From positions 28,188 through 92,187 of the IMG/VR virus record IMGVR_UViG_3300023118_000008: a stretch of DNA of 64,000 nucleotides; one strand, 5' to 3'. Below are positions 55,186-63,951 of the stretch, piece after piece. The translations under genes were made by a program, and so were the position numbers. The notes under the pieces are model-generated. The model saw nothing but the letters and a program-made list of their open reading frames with translations, had not been told where the DNA came from and did not search any database. This DNA comes from a virus (taxonomy: Duplodnaviria > Heunggongvirae > Uroviricota > Caudoviricetes). The first letter of the stretch is position 1, and each line of letters starts with the position of its first letter.

Positions 55186-55624
55186 CTTTTATGTATTTAA
55201 CTGCATCACCTAAGGCATAAAACAGTTGTTCTCTTATTCCTAAATCCTTATGGTATTCTGATATCCAAACATTGTTGTGCATTACTCTTGGAGTAGCGTC
55301 AACAATTATATCTAACTCTGTATCACTCATAAATTCTAAAACTACTTCAAAAAGCCAATCAAAGGAGTTATAAAATCTTAATTCATTGTGTGAACGGCAT
55401 ACATATTTACCTAGAGTATTATCATCTAAAATAATCCAATGATTTTTTCTAACCATAGAAGCTTCTATAATTTTAGGTAAAGCTCTTTTCTGAGTCTTAT
55501 ACCATCCTAATTTTAAATCTTTTTCGCCCGAATTAAAGCCTATATATCTCCAACCTAAATATTCAGCTAGTAATTTTGATGTTTCTTTTATGTCTTTCAT
55601 ATTTCTATTCCTTTTTCGTGCCAA
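55163..55624 (-). CDS. hypothetical protein
   Basis: ORF on the minus strand. Confidence 0.45.
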   Translation of the reverse strand: MARKRNRNMKDIKETSKLLAEYLGWRYIGFNSGEKDLKLGWYKTQKRALPKIIEASMVRKNHWIILDDNTLGKYVCRSHNELRFYNSFDWLFEVVLEFMSDTELDIIVDATPRVMHNNVWISEYHKDLGIREQLFYALGDAVKYIKDGKKVSL

Positions 55625-56217
55625 GCTTGTTCGACGTACTCTTGATGTTCTAAATAAAATTGATATAATGGTGAATCATTTAGATTATAATGTCTGGCAA
55701 AATTATCTTTAGGTTTCCAACAAATATTATCAGCGAGGTAACTAATTACCCCCATCCTATTCTCTGCCATAAATTCTTGCAAGCTTTGACCTGAGTTTTT
55801 ATCGTAAACATTAGCCAAGTAAATACCTAAAAGTATAGCTAGTTTATTATGAGTGAATCCTGTCTGATCTGAGAAGAATTGAATTCTACGTTTTGTCTCG
55901 GTCTTATTCTTGACAATTCCTCCTTCCTTATCTTTGTAGGTTTTTATCAACCACTCTGCTATGACTTCTGTTGATTCCGAAATTTCATCCGACTTCTCTA
56001 AATCTCTTAAAAACTCTGTACCTTTTTTATCAATTCTTAAATTACCGTTTTTGATTCGCTTTAGGTATTTTAAATCTAAGAGTTTCTGGCTCGAACTTAA
56101 GTTACAATATTCTTCTATATTCTCTTGGTCTTGCTGTTTTACGGCGAGAATAAAAAATAAATCTTCTATCTTAAATTCTTTTAGGAACTTATCTATGATT
56201 TTAAAGTTGATGTACAT
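55597..56217 (-). CDS. hypothetical protein
   Basis: ORF on the minus strand. Confidence 0.45.
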   Translation of the reverse strand: MYINFKIIDKFLKEFKIEDLFFILAVKQQDQENIEEYCNLSSSQKLLDLKYLKRIKNGNLRIDKKGTEFLRDLEKSDEISESTEVIAEWLIKTYKDKEGGIVKNKTETKRRIQFFSDQTGFTHNKLAILLGIYLANVYDKNSGQSLQEFMAENRMGVISYLADNICWKPKDNFARHYNLNDSPLYQFYLEHQEYVEQAWHEKGIEI

Positions 56218-56836
56218 CTTCTAAATATTTTGAATATTGATTTGCTAGAGCTTTTGCTATTCCTGGAAAAGTTTTACTTCTTATTTTTGCTCTGTCTTTT
56301 GTCTTTGGAAGCAGGTGCAGTCTTTGCTCTCTACCATCAACTATGTTTGTTGGAGTTAGTTTAGGTAGATTCTTAAGCCACAAACAAGTTGCTTTTGTCT
56401 CTCCATGCCCAAACATCCATGGTTGCAATACTTGGTCAGGTTTTCTAAATCTTGAAGACATTACCCCAATTGGATTTTCAATTGCTATTTTGGGGATACC
56501 GCAATTATACAGTTTCATAAAAAATTCAATAGCTTCCTCTCTTGCGTCTCTTCTCTTTTGACCAACTAAAGTTCCACTTTTCCTTTCTGGTTGGTCTTTA
56601 TACCATTTATTTGCAGAAACAGTTAAATAGGTGCAATCTGGGAAAAATATACCTAAATCCCAATTTTTTAATTTTATGGCTTCTAAAACATCCATTTGCA
56701 AATGCCACTCAGGGTGACTACCAGAAGTTGGTTGAATATCACAGGAAAATGTATTAATATACCCCAAGTCACGAAAAGCTTGGCAAACAACTTGGGATTC
56801 TTCACATCCTATTAAAATATTAATTTCCTTATCCAT
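56201..56836 (-). CDS. hypothetical protein (weak resemblance to C5-cytosine methyltransferase motifs; unresolved)
   Basis: ILIGCEES..., FFPDCTYLTVS, IAIENPIG; resemblance is weak and the ORF is too short for a full methyltransferase. Confidence 0.3.
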   Translation of the reverse strand: MDKEINILIGCEESQVVCQAFRDLGYINTFSCDIQPTSGSHPEWHLQMDVLEAIKLKNWDLGIFFPDCTYLTVSANKWYKDQPERKSGTLVGQKRRDAREEAIEFFMKLYNCGIPKIAIENPIGVMSSRFRKPDQVLQPWMFGHGETKATCLWLKNLPKLTPTNIVDGREQRLHLLPKTKDRAKIRSKTFPGIAKALANQYSKYLEDVHQL

Positions 56837-57070
56837 CTAATAATATTTTATAATTTCTCCATTATGTTCTAAGCTGTTTATTGAAAACTTTTTGACTAGA
56901 TATAAATTCAAATTAGTATTTGTAAATCTTAACCATTGGTTGATTGCTGTTTGGAATGTGTTTATCGAATGTACTTTAAATTTTCTTTCGTGGCATTCTT
57001 CTAGGTAGCAATTCCAAATTAAATCCAGAGGCAGTGTTTTTGAGTTCAATGCTTTTTTGCGATTAGACAT
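56837..57070 (-). CDS. hypothetical protein
   Basis: ORF on the minus strand. Confidence 0.4.
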   Translation of the reverse strand: MSNRKKALNSKTLPLDLIWNCYLEECHERKFKVHSINTFQTAINQWLRFTNTNLNLYLVKKFSINSLEHNGEIIKYY

Positions 57071-57416
57071 CGTCTTTCAAAAATTGTCCATTTTCCATCC
57101 TACCTGTACGTTTTGAAATTACATTATAAGCACTTTCTAAACAGTCTTCTAATTTTAAGCCCTGCATCTCGGCTTGAATTATTAAAGTGACGAGAATATC
57201 TCCCAGCGCATCTATAATTTCTTCATTTGTGACTACTACTTTTCTTTTTTCATTTACAAAATTTTCCAGCCCTTGTCTTTGAGCATCTAAGCCTTCCCAC
57301 AATTCATTCAACTCTTCCCTTGTTTTCGACCACTGTGTTAAAGGTGTTGCTTTTTGAAGAATTTCTTTATCTTTCGCCCATTGAATTACTTTTATTTCTA
57401 ATTCTTGATATCTCAT
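57063..57416 (-). CDS. mazG: MazG-like nucleotide pyrophosphohydrolase
   Basis: TREELNELWEGL...EEIIDALGDILVTLIIQAEMQGLKLEDCLESAYNVISKR matches the all-alpha NTP-PPase pattern (E.ELGDvL). Confidence 0.65.
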   Translation of the reverse strand: MRYQELEIKVIQWAKDKEILQKATPLTQWSKTREELNELWEGLDAQRQGLENFVNEKRKVVVTNEEIIDALGDILVTLIIQAEMQGLKLEDCLESAYNVISKRTGRMENGQFLKDDV

Positions 57417-57632
57417 CTATTTCTTTTTAAACTGTCTTTTTATCTTTGTTTCTACTGTTTCGGCGTTTTTAAAAACTGAATCAAAATTATCTTCATCTAA
57501 GGCTAAACTTAAATACTGTTGTAGGACTAATTTCAAGGTTTTGTAAGGATAACTTTTATCTTTATGTCTTAAAGTAAAATTATCTTCTGTTACTTCAATT
57601 GTATAGTCTTGGTCTATTTTAAATTGCGCCAT
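57417..57632 (-). CDS. hypothetical protein
   Basis: ORF on the minus strand. Confidence 0.4.
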   Translation of the reverse strand: MAQFKIDQDYTIEVTEDNFTLRHKDKSYPYKTLKLVLQQYLSLALDEDNFDSVFKNAETVETKIKRQFKKK

Positions 57633-57933
57633 TTTTCTTTAAGGTTTTGATTGTTTGGTTTACTCTTTCTGTGGCCTCGTAAATCTCTTGAAAACTGTCT
57701 TGCTTCTGTGATTCTACTCTGTATTTATTTAAAGCCATTAGTAGGTCAGGAAATGACCATCCATTTTTGGATTTCACTTCTTTACCGTCTTTAATATGCT
57801 TTTTCTCATACTTTAAAAAGAAATCGTTTGTTGTAATTTCTATTGAGTAATTTTGGTCTAATTCTAGTGTCTTGTTTTCTTTCATATTGTTTTTGTTAAT
57901 TTTTGAAATATTCTCCAATGTCTTAAAGACCAT
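57619..57933 (-). CDS. hypothetical protein
   Basis: ORF on the minus strand. Confidence 0.4.
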   Translation of the reverse strand: MVFKTLENISKINKNNMKENKTLELDQNYSIEITTNDFFLKYEKKHIKDGKEVKSKNGWSFPDLLMALNKYRVESQKQDSFQEIYEATERVNQTIKTLKKNGAI

Positions 57934-58145
57934 TTCTCTACTTCCAAGTCATATAAGAAGCATTGAGGATTATTTATAAGGACTTTGTTTACTTCTTTTT
58001 GTGACTTTAAAGGTTCAATCGGCTTTGAAATTCTTTGATAATATTCTTTGGCTAGTTCTCTGCTCCTTTCTCTATTTTTAGCGTGCCAATTACGGCAATA
58101 CTCTTTATTGTTTCGTGGCATTTTTGTGTATTTCTTCTCTTTCAC
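57882..58145 (-). CDS. hypothetical basic protein
   Basis: ORF on the minus strand. Confidence 0.4.
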   Translation of the reverse strand: MKEKKYTKMPRNNKEYCRNWHAKNRERSRELAKEYYQRISKPIEPLKSQKEVNKVLINNPQCFLYDLEVEKWSLRHWRIFQKLTKTI

Positions 58146-58350
58146 TCCAAGAAGCTTTTAAGTATTTCTCTATTAATTCCTCAAATTTCACTTTATCATA
58201 GTGGTCTAAATTATTTTCACTATCTTGGATTACCGTGTAGCCATTATAATCTAAAATCTCAATGAGGTCTTGAATAGGTACTAAAATAGTTGTAATGCCA
58301 TCTTCTTGGTCTACATAGTGACCTTCTATCTCTAATCTACGTCTGTCCAT
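58105..58350 (-). CDS. hypothetical protein
   Basis: ORF on the minus strand. Confidence 0.4.
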   Translation of the reverse strand: MDRRRLEIEGHYVDQEDGITTILVPIQDLIEILDYNGYTVIQDSENNLDHYDKVKFEELIEKYLKASWSEREEIHKNATKQ

Positions 58351-58479
58351 TCTTCTATTTTTATTCTCTTTGTGTGTTTTTCTTTCTCGCGGAATTTTTC
58401 TACAGTGAATGCTTTTTCTTCACAAAGTCTTAAAAACTTCTTTTTTCTTGTCTTCCAATCAGGGTGAAAAAAATAATAT

Positions 58480-59397
58480 TTATCTTTCATATATTAATGG
58501 TGCAGAAGCTCCCTTTTTTAACATTTGTACAATTGTCTGTTTATAAGTTTTTGGAGATTTTTGACAGTATTCAACTTCATCCACTAGATCAAACATATAG
58601 TCTTGCGCCTCTTCAAATTCTAAATACCCCGCTCCCACATACCCACCCAATAATAAAGCCGAACTTCTACAAATAACGTGTCCAGTCTGTTCTAAATCTA
58701 TTTTGAGCATCATGTTTCTAATCATTCTTTTTATACCTAAAACATCTTCCTCTGATATATTCTCTAGAGGTTCTATCTCTCCTTCAAAAACCTTAAATTC
58801 ATCTAATTGAATACCTTTTTTATTCCAAACTGTTGCATCCACTCTATATAGTAAATCTTTGTCGTATGTCAAATAATTTGGTAATGAGCAATTTTTTGAG
58901 CTGCTATCGATACCCAAGTAGTTTTGAAATTCATCCATAAGTCCATAGTAATAAGACTTGAAGTGCTCAACAGAAGTACAAATTGGAATCCGCACCAAGG
59001 CTTTGACTCCTTTCTTAGATGCTGAGAGAAAAGAGGCTATTATAAATGGGTAAGTATAAAATAAGTGTTGTTTTAGTTCTTTTGCAAACTCTACTTCTAG
59101 ATTATCTATATCAACTAATAAAATTCCTGTCCAAGATGTAATGTTTTCATAAGACCTGCCTAAACCGTCAGTTTTTATACATGGTGTAAAATAAAACGTT
59201 TTAGATTTTAATTCTGTTTTTAGTTTTTTATCTCCCGCTAAACTCGCTTTCTCTATTTGTTGAAATATCTCTTCTATGTGTGGTTTAGGATTCTTTATGC
59301 TATAGAGATAGTCATATAGTGTTATTTCTCCGATTGGAAGCTTACTCTCAATATTTGCCCTGTAATAAGGAAACCTAATTTGTAAGTAATCATCCAT
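58480..59397 (-). CDS. primase-like protein (VirE_N / BT4734-like, AEP-family candidate)
   Basis: FYFTPCIKTDGLGRSYENITSWTGILLVDIDN resembles the VirE N-terminal primase domain. Confidence 0.45.
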   Translation of the reverse strand: MDDYLQIRFPYYRANIESKLPIGEITLYDYLYSIKNPKPHIEEIFQQIEKASLAGDKKLKTELKSKTFYFTPCIKTDGLGRSYENITSWTGILLVDIDNLEVEFAKELKQHLFYTYPFIIASFLSASKKGVKALVRIPICTSVEHFKSYYYGLMDEFQNYLGIDSSSKNCSLPNYLTYDKDLLYRVDATVWNKKGIQLDEFKVFEGEIEPLENISEEDVLGIKRMIRNMMLKIDLEQTGHVICRSSALLLGGYVGAGYLEFEEAQDYMFDLVDEVEYCQKSPKTYKQTIVQMLKKGASAPLIYER

Positions 59398-59398
59398 T

Positions 59399-59605
59399 TT
59401 ATTTTCCCAATCTTTTTAACTCGTTAATAACTCTGATATTAGCTTGCTTCTCACACCCTGTCTCACACTTTTCTTGTAGAGCTTCAAGTTCTGAAATTCT
59501 TAGCTCCAAGAAATAATCAAAACTTTCTTCTACTTGATATAATGCCAACATCAAGTGTTCACTACTCCACTCTTTGAATGTTTTGTAATTTTTATATTCT
59601 TGCAT
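59399..59605 (-). CDS. hypothetical protein
   Basis: ORF on the minus strand. Confidence 0.4.
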   Translation of the reverse strand: MQEYKNYKTFKEWSSEHLMLALYQVEESFDYFLELRISELEALQEKCETGCEKQANIRVINELKRLGK

Positions 59606-59907
59606 TATAAAGTGCTTCTAAAATTCATTATTAATTTACCTAAATTATTTTCGCCTTTACTAGTTTTAAGACACACTCCCCAAAACTTATCTCCCCAGTT
59701 ATTGCCTTCTTGAATATGCAGACTTTTTGTATTTTTAAGTAATGTTCTGAAAGGCTCTTGTGAGAATTTTTGTTCTATACAAGATTGCATTACATCGAGT
59801 TTAATATCATTCCAATTAGCTATGAGTTCTATCTTCTTAGATTCTCTTTTTACTTGTCCTGGCGTATTTTTAGGATTTGCACAAAACTCTTTCCACCACT
59901 TAACCAC
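59605..59907 (-). CDS. NADAR (YbiA-like) domain protein, C-terminal portion only
   Basis: WNDIKLDVMQSCIEQKFSQEPFRTLLKNTKSLHIQEGNNWGDKFWGVCLKTSKGENNLGKLIMNFRS matches the NADAR C-terminal consensus; the N-terminal half is absent. Confidence 0.45.
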   Translation of the reverse strand: MVKWWKEFCANPKNTPGQVKRESKKIELIANWNDIKLDVMQSCIEQKFSQEPFRTLLKNTKSLHIQEGNNWGDKFWGVCLKTSKGENNLGKLIMNFRSTL

Positions 59908-59935
59908 CTAAAATCTCCTTGAAATTCTTTTATCA

Positions 59936-60133
59936 TTATATAAACTGTTTTAAGCGGTTAATTAAATATACATTCTCAGGATTCGTTGTTTTTAAAATTT
60001 GAACAGTTTCTCTTAGAACTTTATTTAGAGCTATTGATGCGTTTTCTAGGGGTTTTAAATCTCCTGTTTCCTCCCAATATTGCCAGCATTGTGGTAGGCT
60101 GAGTGAGTCAAATATTAAGTTTTCTTCTAACAT
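59936..60133 (-). CDS. hypothetical protein
   Basis: ORF on the minus strand. Confidence 0.35.
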   Translation of the reverse strand: MLEENLIFDSLSLPQCWQYWEETGDLKPLENASIALNKVLRETVQILKTTNPENVYLINRLKQFI

Positions 60134-60489
60134 AATATCAGCCTTTTATCGTTATAAACAAAACTGTCATAAGCTGAATAAACATAACCGTCTTCTACAT
60201 CTCTTTCAATTGGTTTTGTGAGAAGTTCGGGATTCTCTTGTGCAAATTTCCTTAAATCTTTTAATCTTAAACTATCTTCTGTTTGCCCGCCAAAAACATA
60301 ATCAACAACAGAATAAGTATCGTTATAAATCCCTCTGATTTGATCGAACTTCTCTGTGTCAATTTTTTCAATGTTATAGGCTTCTGTATAACAACTGTTT
60401 AAAACTAAGACATCATCTAATAAATCTTCCGTCTCTCCTATCAGTTCACCTAGAGTGAAATCTGATTTTGTAAATAATATTGCTTTCAT
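60127..60489 (-). CDS. hypothetical protein
   Basis: ORF on the minus strand. Confidence 0.45.
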   Translation of the reverse strand: MKAILFTKSDFTLGELIGETEDLLDDVLVLNSCYTEAYNIEKIDTEKFDQIRGIYNDTYSVVDYVFGGQTEDSLRLKDLRKFAQENPELLTKPIERDVEDGYVYSAYDSFVYNDKRLILC

Positions 60490-60585
60490 CTTTTTGTTTT
60501 TTCAAAGGTAATTAAAAATCGCCGAATTAAAAGTTAAAGAAATAATAAAGTTTTCAATTGACTGTATTAATGTTAATTGCGTCAG

Positions 60586-60876
60586 TTAGTTGACTGAATT
60601 TAGATGTTGCTCCCATTCAGAATTACCAAAATCTCTCCCGCATTTAGACTCTTCATACACTTCTAAAAGTGTTTCAAATAGATTGGCATCTTCTAAATTT
60701 AAAGTATTTTCGTAATCATACCTACCTCTTATAGTACCATCTTCATACAAATATAAGTCACTTTTAGATTGGGTTGCCAAATCTATATAAAATTGATTGT
60801 AAATTAAATCATAAGTTAGGGTGGCAGAATAGATACCTTTAATAACCAACTCTTTGTATATTCCTATTAGTTTCAT
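60586..60876 (-). CDS. hypothetical protein
   Basis: ORF on the minus strand. Confidence 0.45.
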   Translation of the reverse strand: MKLIGIYKELVIKGIYSATLTYDLIYNQFYIDLATQSKSDLYLYEDGTIRGRYDYENTLNLEDANLFETLLEVYEESKCGRDFGNSEWEQHLNSVN

Positions 60877-61142
60877 AAATTAAATATTTTTAAAACATTG
60901 TCTAGCTTATCTACTGTCAGTTCTTTATCGTAATCCCAATTATGAAGATTAATCAAATCTATCACTTCTTTTGGATTTTCTTCTGACCTCTCGCACAAAT
61001 AAAGCATGCAGTTACAATTATCCAAATCAGATAAACTTAGATATCTATTCCTACCCAATTCTAAAGTTAGACTATTACCTATTGTAAAATGCGGTACTTC
61101 TTGAAATCCGAAGTTTTTTGCAATATCTCTTGTTAATTTCAT
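60873..61142 (-). CDS. hypothetical protein
   Basis: ORF on the minus strand. Confidence 0.45.
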   Translation of the reverse strand: MKLTRDIAKNFGFQEVPHFTIGNSLTLELGRNRYLSLSDLDNCNCMLYLCERSEENPKEVIDLINLHNWDYDKELTVDKLDNVLKIFNL

Positions 61143-61215
61143 AATTTATTTATTTTAAAAAGCCCAATAAAAGCTAAATTCAGTACAACACTAAAAGCTA
61201 ATTTTACTGAGGCCT

Positions 61216-61506
61216 TCATAGTATTCTTCTACTTATTATTTTCTGTTGACCCTTTTCTCTTTCTTTTTCCACTATAGCTTTATCTAAGACTTCCAAAGCA
61301 TACTTTTCATCTCTAAAATTGTGCGTCCCGTACCCAGAAGCCGTGAGGTAGTAAATCTCTTCATACATTACTTTCCCTACAACATAGTTTGTTTTGTTTT
61401 TTAAAAAGGGTATCCAAGAATGCTTTTCAATAAGTGTTGCGTAAGGCTTGTAATATACTGTACCGTCTGCTCTTATTTCTTCTATTATGTGCTTTTTCCA
61501 ATTCAT
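61216..61506 (-). CDS. hypothetical protein
   Basis: ORF on the minus strand. Confidence 0.45.
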   Translation of the reverse strand: MNWKKHIIEEIRADGTVYYKPYATLIEKHSWIPFLKNKTNYVVGKVMYEEIYYLTASGYGTHNFRDEKYALEVLDKAIVEKEREKGQQKIISRRIL

Positions 61507-61521
61507 TTTTATAATTAAGTT

Positions 61522-61550
61522 TTTTGGCGCGGAAAAAGAATTAAAAACGG
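61522..61550 (+). promoter_or_regulatory. Recurrent motif copy (tttttGGCGCGGaaaaagaattaaaaacgg) in plus orientation between minus-strand genes
   Basis: Near-consensus motif copy. Confidence 0.45.
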
Positions 61551-61888
61551 TTCTTATTCCACAAAATTATATAATCCCTACCTAACCCTTTACGGTAATG
61601 CATAATCAAAATCTCACTCTCCTCAATCCATTCAATGTCGGGCTTATAGTAGTTATAAGCAATGAACAAGAGGATTAGTATTATTAGTGTCATAATTTCA
61701 AAGCTTTATCTAAACTGATTAAAAAATTACCCTCTGGTACATAGCAAGTATTTCCTCTGAAAGTGTCCCACATCCAATCTTGATACTTAGAGTTGTATTC
61801 TTTCATTACTTCTTTGAACTGCTCTTTTGTTTTTAGCTGTATGTATTTTACCATCTTGACACCTCTCCTCCTAATGAGTTATCTTTTG

Positions 61889-61917
61889 TTTTTCGCGGGA
61901 AAAAGAATGTAAAACAG
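61889..61917 (+). promoter_or_regulatory. Recurrent motif copy (tttttCGCGGGaaaaagaatgtaaaacag) in plus orientation
   Basis: Near-consensus motif copy. Confidence 0.45.
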
Positions 61918-62062
61918 AGAAAAGAAACTGAAAATAAATAATCAGTAAAACCAAACCCAAAAGGCAAAGCCCAATCGTAAATAGACCAATTAATTTCAAA
62001 ACCGTTTCTAACTCTATAAAAGCCGTTTAAGATGTTTAAATGTTTTTTACGTGATCCCATTT

Positions 62063-62374
62063 TTATTTGTGTCTAAAATTAAACTGTTTTGTATAGTCCC
62101 ATTGTTCTTCTAAATCCCTACCGAAATGTTCTTTTCTGAGGTGTGGTTTAATTTTATTAAGTTCTTTTTCTGTTAAGGGGACTAATTTTCCTTCAATAAA
62201 TAATTCTAAAGCCCCATAAGAGCCACCATAAAGAAACTTGGTTTTTTCATCTCCATCACTTACCAAGACTGTCCAAGTGAAATAGTTGCTAAAGCAAACA
62301 ACTCTGCCTTTTTGTACCATTGTCTTCCGATAAATTCCCATTTCAAAACTCTCTTCTGCTCTAAAAAATCTCAT
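62063..62374 (-). CDS. hypothetical protein
   Basis: ORF on the minus strand. Confidence 0.45.
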   Translation of the reverse strand: MRFFRAEESFEMGIYRKTMVQKGRVVCFSNYFTWTVLVSDGDEKTKFLYGGSYGALELFIEGKLVPLTEKELNKIKPHLRKEHFGRDLEEQWDYTKQFNFRHK

Positions 62375-62673
62375 ATCACTGTTTCTAATTGTTCAACTTC
62401 CGTTTCTACTTCTTTCTCGCTCTCTTTTAATGCTCTGAACCTCCAAGAAGCAAAAGCAGGTTCCATAGTTTTATTAACCACCTTAAAATACTTTAAATCA
62501 TTTCTAACTTCCTCTAAAAGAATGCCTAAAACAAAATCGAAATCGTGTAAGGCTCTGATTGTATATTTCTTATCCTTTTTGATCCAATTTGGCATGTCTT
62601 TTTCAATTTCGTCTTTTGTGTGCGTTTGCATAGATGAGTCTATACATACGATTGTTTGACCTATTTCGAACAT
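62371..62673 (-). CDS. hypothetical protein
   Basis: ORF on the minus strand. Confidence 0.45.
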   Translation of the reverse strand: MFEIGQTIVCIDSSMQTHTKDEIEKDMPNWIKKDKKYTIRALHDFDFVLGILLEEVRNDLKYFKVVNKTMEPAFASWRFRALKESEKEVETEVEQLETVI

Positions 62674-62822
62674 TTTGCTAAAGCTTTTTTAGTTATTAAA
62701 ATTTGCTCTTTTAATATGTTCTTGGTTTCATCTGATATATAGCTAACCCCAATTCGACTTTTATCTAGCTGAATCTGCATTAGTATTAGTTGGTTATCCA
62801 GTATTAATTTCTCCATTTCTTT

Positions 62823-62850
62823 AATTTTCGCCGAAAAAGATTAAAAACAA
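62823..62850 (+). promoter_or_regulatory. Recurrent motif copy (attttCGCCGaaaaagattaaaaacaac) in plus orientation
   Basis: Motif family. Confidence 0.45.
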
Positions 62851-62907
62851 CCTCTAACAGCATTTCTTCTACAAATATAATGATTAGTTTTCTTTCTTGT
62901 TTTGAAT

Positions 62908-63951
62908 TTAAGTATTTTTTAACTTTTCTATGACTTCTTCTATTGGAGTTTTAATACTTAGACATTCTGTATAGCCATTAAATTTAATATTTGGTTGATA
63001 CTTGAAAGAATTGTATTTGTTTAACAAGTTGGTTTCTAAATCAAAAATACAGCCTGGGCATTCTTCATCCTCTCTTGTATAGATTATTTCATAATTATAA
63101 GGCATTTCCCTTTTCCTTGCAAATCTTTTCTCTACTGTCCTATTAGTAATACCTATCTTGTAGAACTCTTCTTCGTGATTACTTATTTTTAATATATACA
63201 TTAATGCAATTTTACCTTTACATGAACTGACAAATGAATTTTTCAAAAACCCTAAATTATCTCTTTTACATGAAGGACAGCCTACCATACCATATCTACA
63301 ACTAGATGCGGTCTGTTCAAAAAATTCATTATGAATAGTACATCTAAGCTTAAGAGGTAATTTTAAAGATATATATCCGCAATCTGTAAAATCTACATTT
63401 ATATTACCATTTTTTAAACTATTAAATAAAAAGTCTTCATAAGACATTGCCATCTTTTCCGCTGCTCGTTTCGTACTACATATATTACATCCTTTTCCAT
63501 CTAAATGATTGTCACTTTTTTGTGAAAATATATTACCACATTTATTACAAGTTATTTTTATATTTTCTAAATAGTTATGATCTTTTTCATAACTATAAGA
63601 GTTCCCATGCACTTCTCTATATTGATTAACTCTATATGAAAATCTATCTAAAGCGGATGATACATTTGGTGTATGACCTTGTAATAATTGTCCTGCAGTA
63701 ATTTTCAACTCTCCATATTTATCTTTTACAATCATGTATTCAAGTGCTTTTGTATATTCACTAATTACTGTAAATTTTTCTTTATAGTTAGGGACACTCT
63801 CTTCTAATTTTTTCAAAAAGAAAGATGTTTTATCAATTGAAGAAATTATATTTGGAATGTATTTATAACTGTTATTAAAAGTAATCCTCACTTCACCATA
63901 TTTACATTTAAATGTTCCATACCCTGATTCATTTGTATAATCTGAAATCAA
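62908..63951 (-). CDS. T5orf172 (GIY-YIG-like) domain protein with N-terminal Zn-finger-like repeats; paralog of 50032-51138
   Basis: ILKISNHEEEFYKIGITNRTVEKRFARKREMPYNYEIIYTRE aligns with the C-terminus of 50032-51138; CNKCGNIF...GCNICS zinc-finger-like repeats. Confidence 0.5.
   Translation of the reverse strand: MISDYTNESGYGTFKCKYGEVRITFNNSYKYIPNIISSIDKTSFFLKKLEESVPNYKEKFTVISEYTKALEYMIVKDKYGELKITAGQLLQGHTPNVSSALDRFSYRVNQYREVHGNSYSYEKDHNYLENIKITCNKCGNIFSQKSDNHLDGKGCNICSTKRAAEKMAMSYEDFLFNSLKNGNINVDFTDCGYISLKLPLKLRCTIHNEFFEQTASSCRYGMVGCPSCKRDNLGFLKNSFVSSCKGKIALMYILKISNHEEEFYKIGITNRTVEKRFARKREMPYNYEIIYTREDEECPGCIFDLETNLLNKYNSFKYQPNIKFNGYTECLSIKTPIEEVIEKLKNT

Noticed and set aside
56201-56836. 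Calling 56201-56836 a C5-cytosine DNA methyltransferase
   Set aside because: It has only short motif resemblances (PDC..., ENPIG) and at 211 aa is too short for a full methyltransferase; left as hypothetical.
1149-63629. Roughly 55 ORFs in the six-frame track that lie antisense to, or out of frame within, longer genes (for example 1149-1370, 1231-1491, 5715-6125, 6231-6539, 21690-22118, 21820-22125, 36846-37208, 37847-38047, 40120-40461, 43068-43259, 46675-46958, 52746-52976, 53988-54314, 56343-56757, 61848-62060, 62312-62659, 63447-63629)
   Set aside because: They overlap well-supported genes on the opposite strand or in another frame, often have low-complexity Leu/Phe/Ser-rich translations typical of AT-rich antisense frames, and break the otherwise strict strand blocks.
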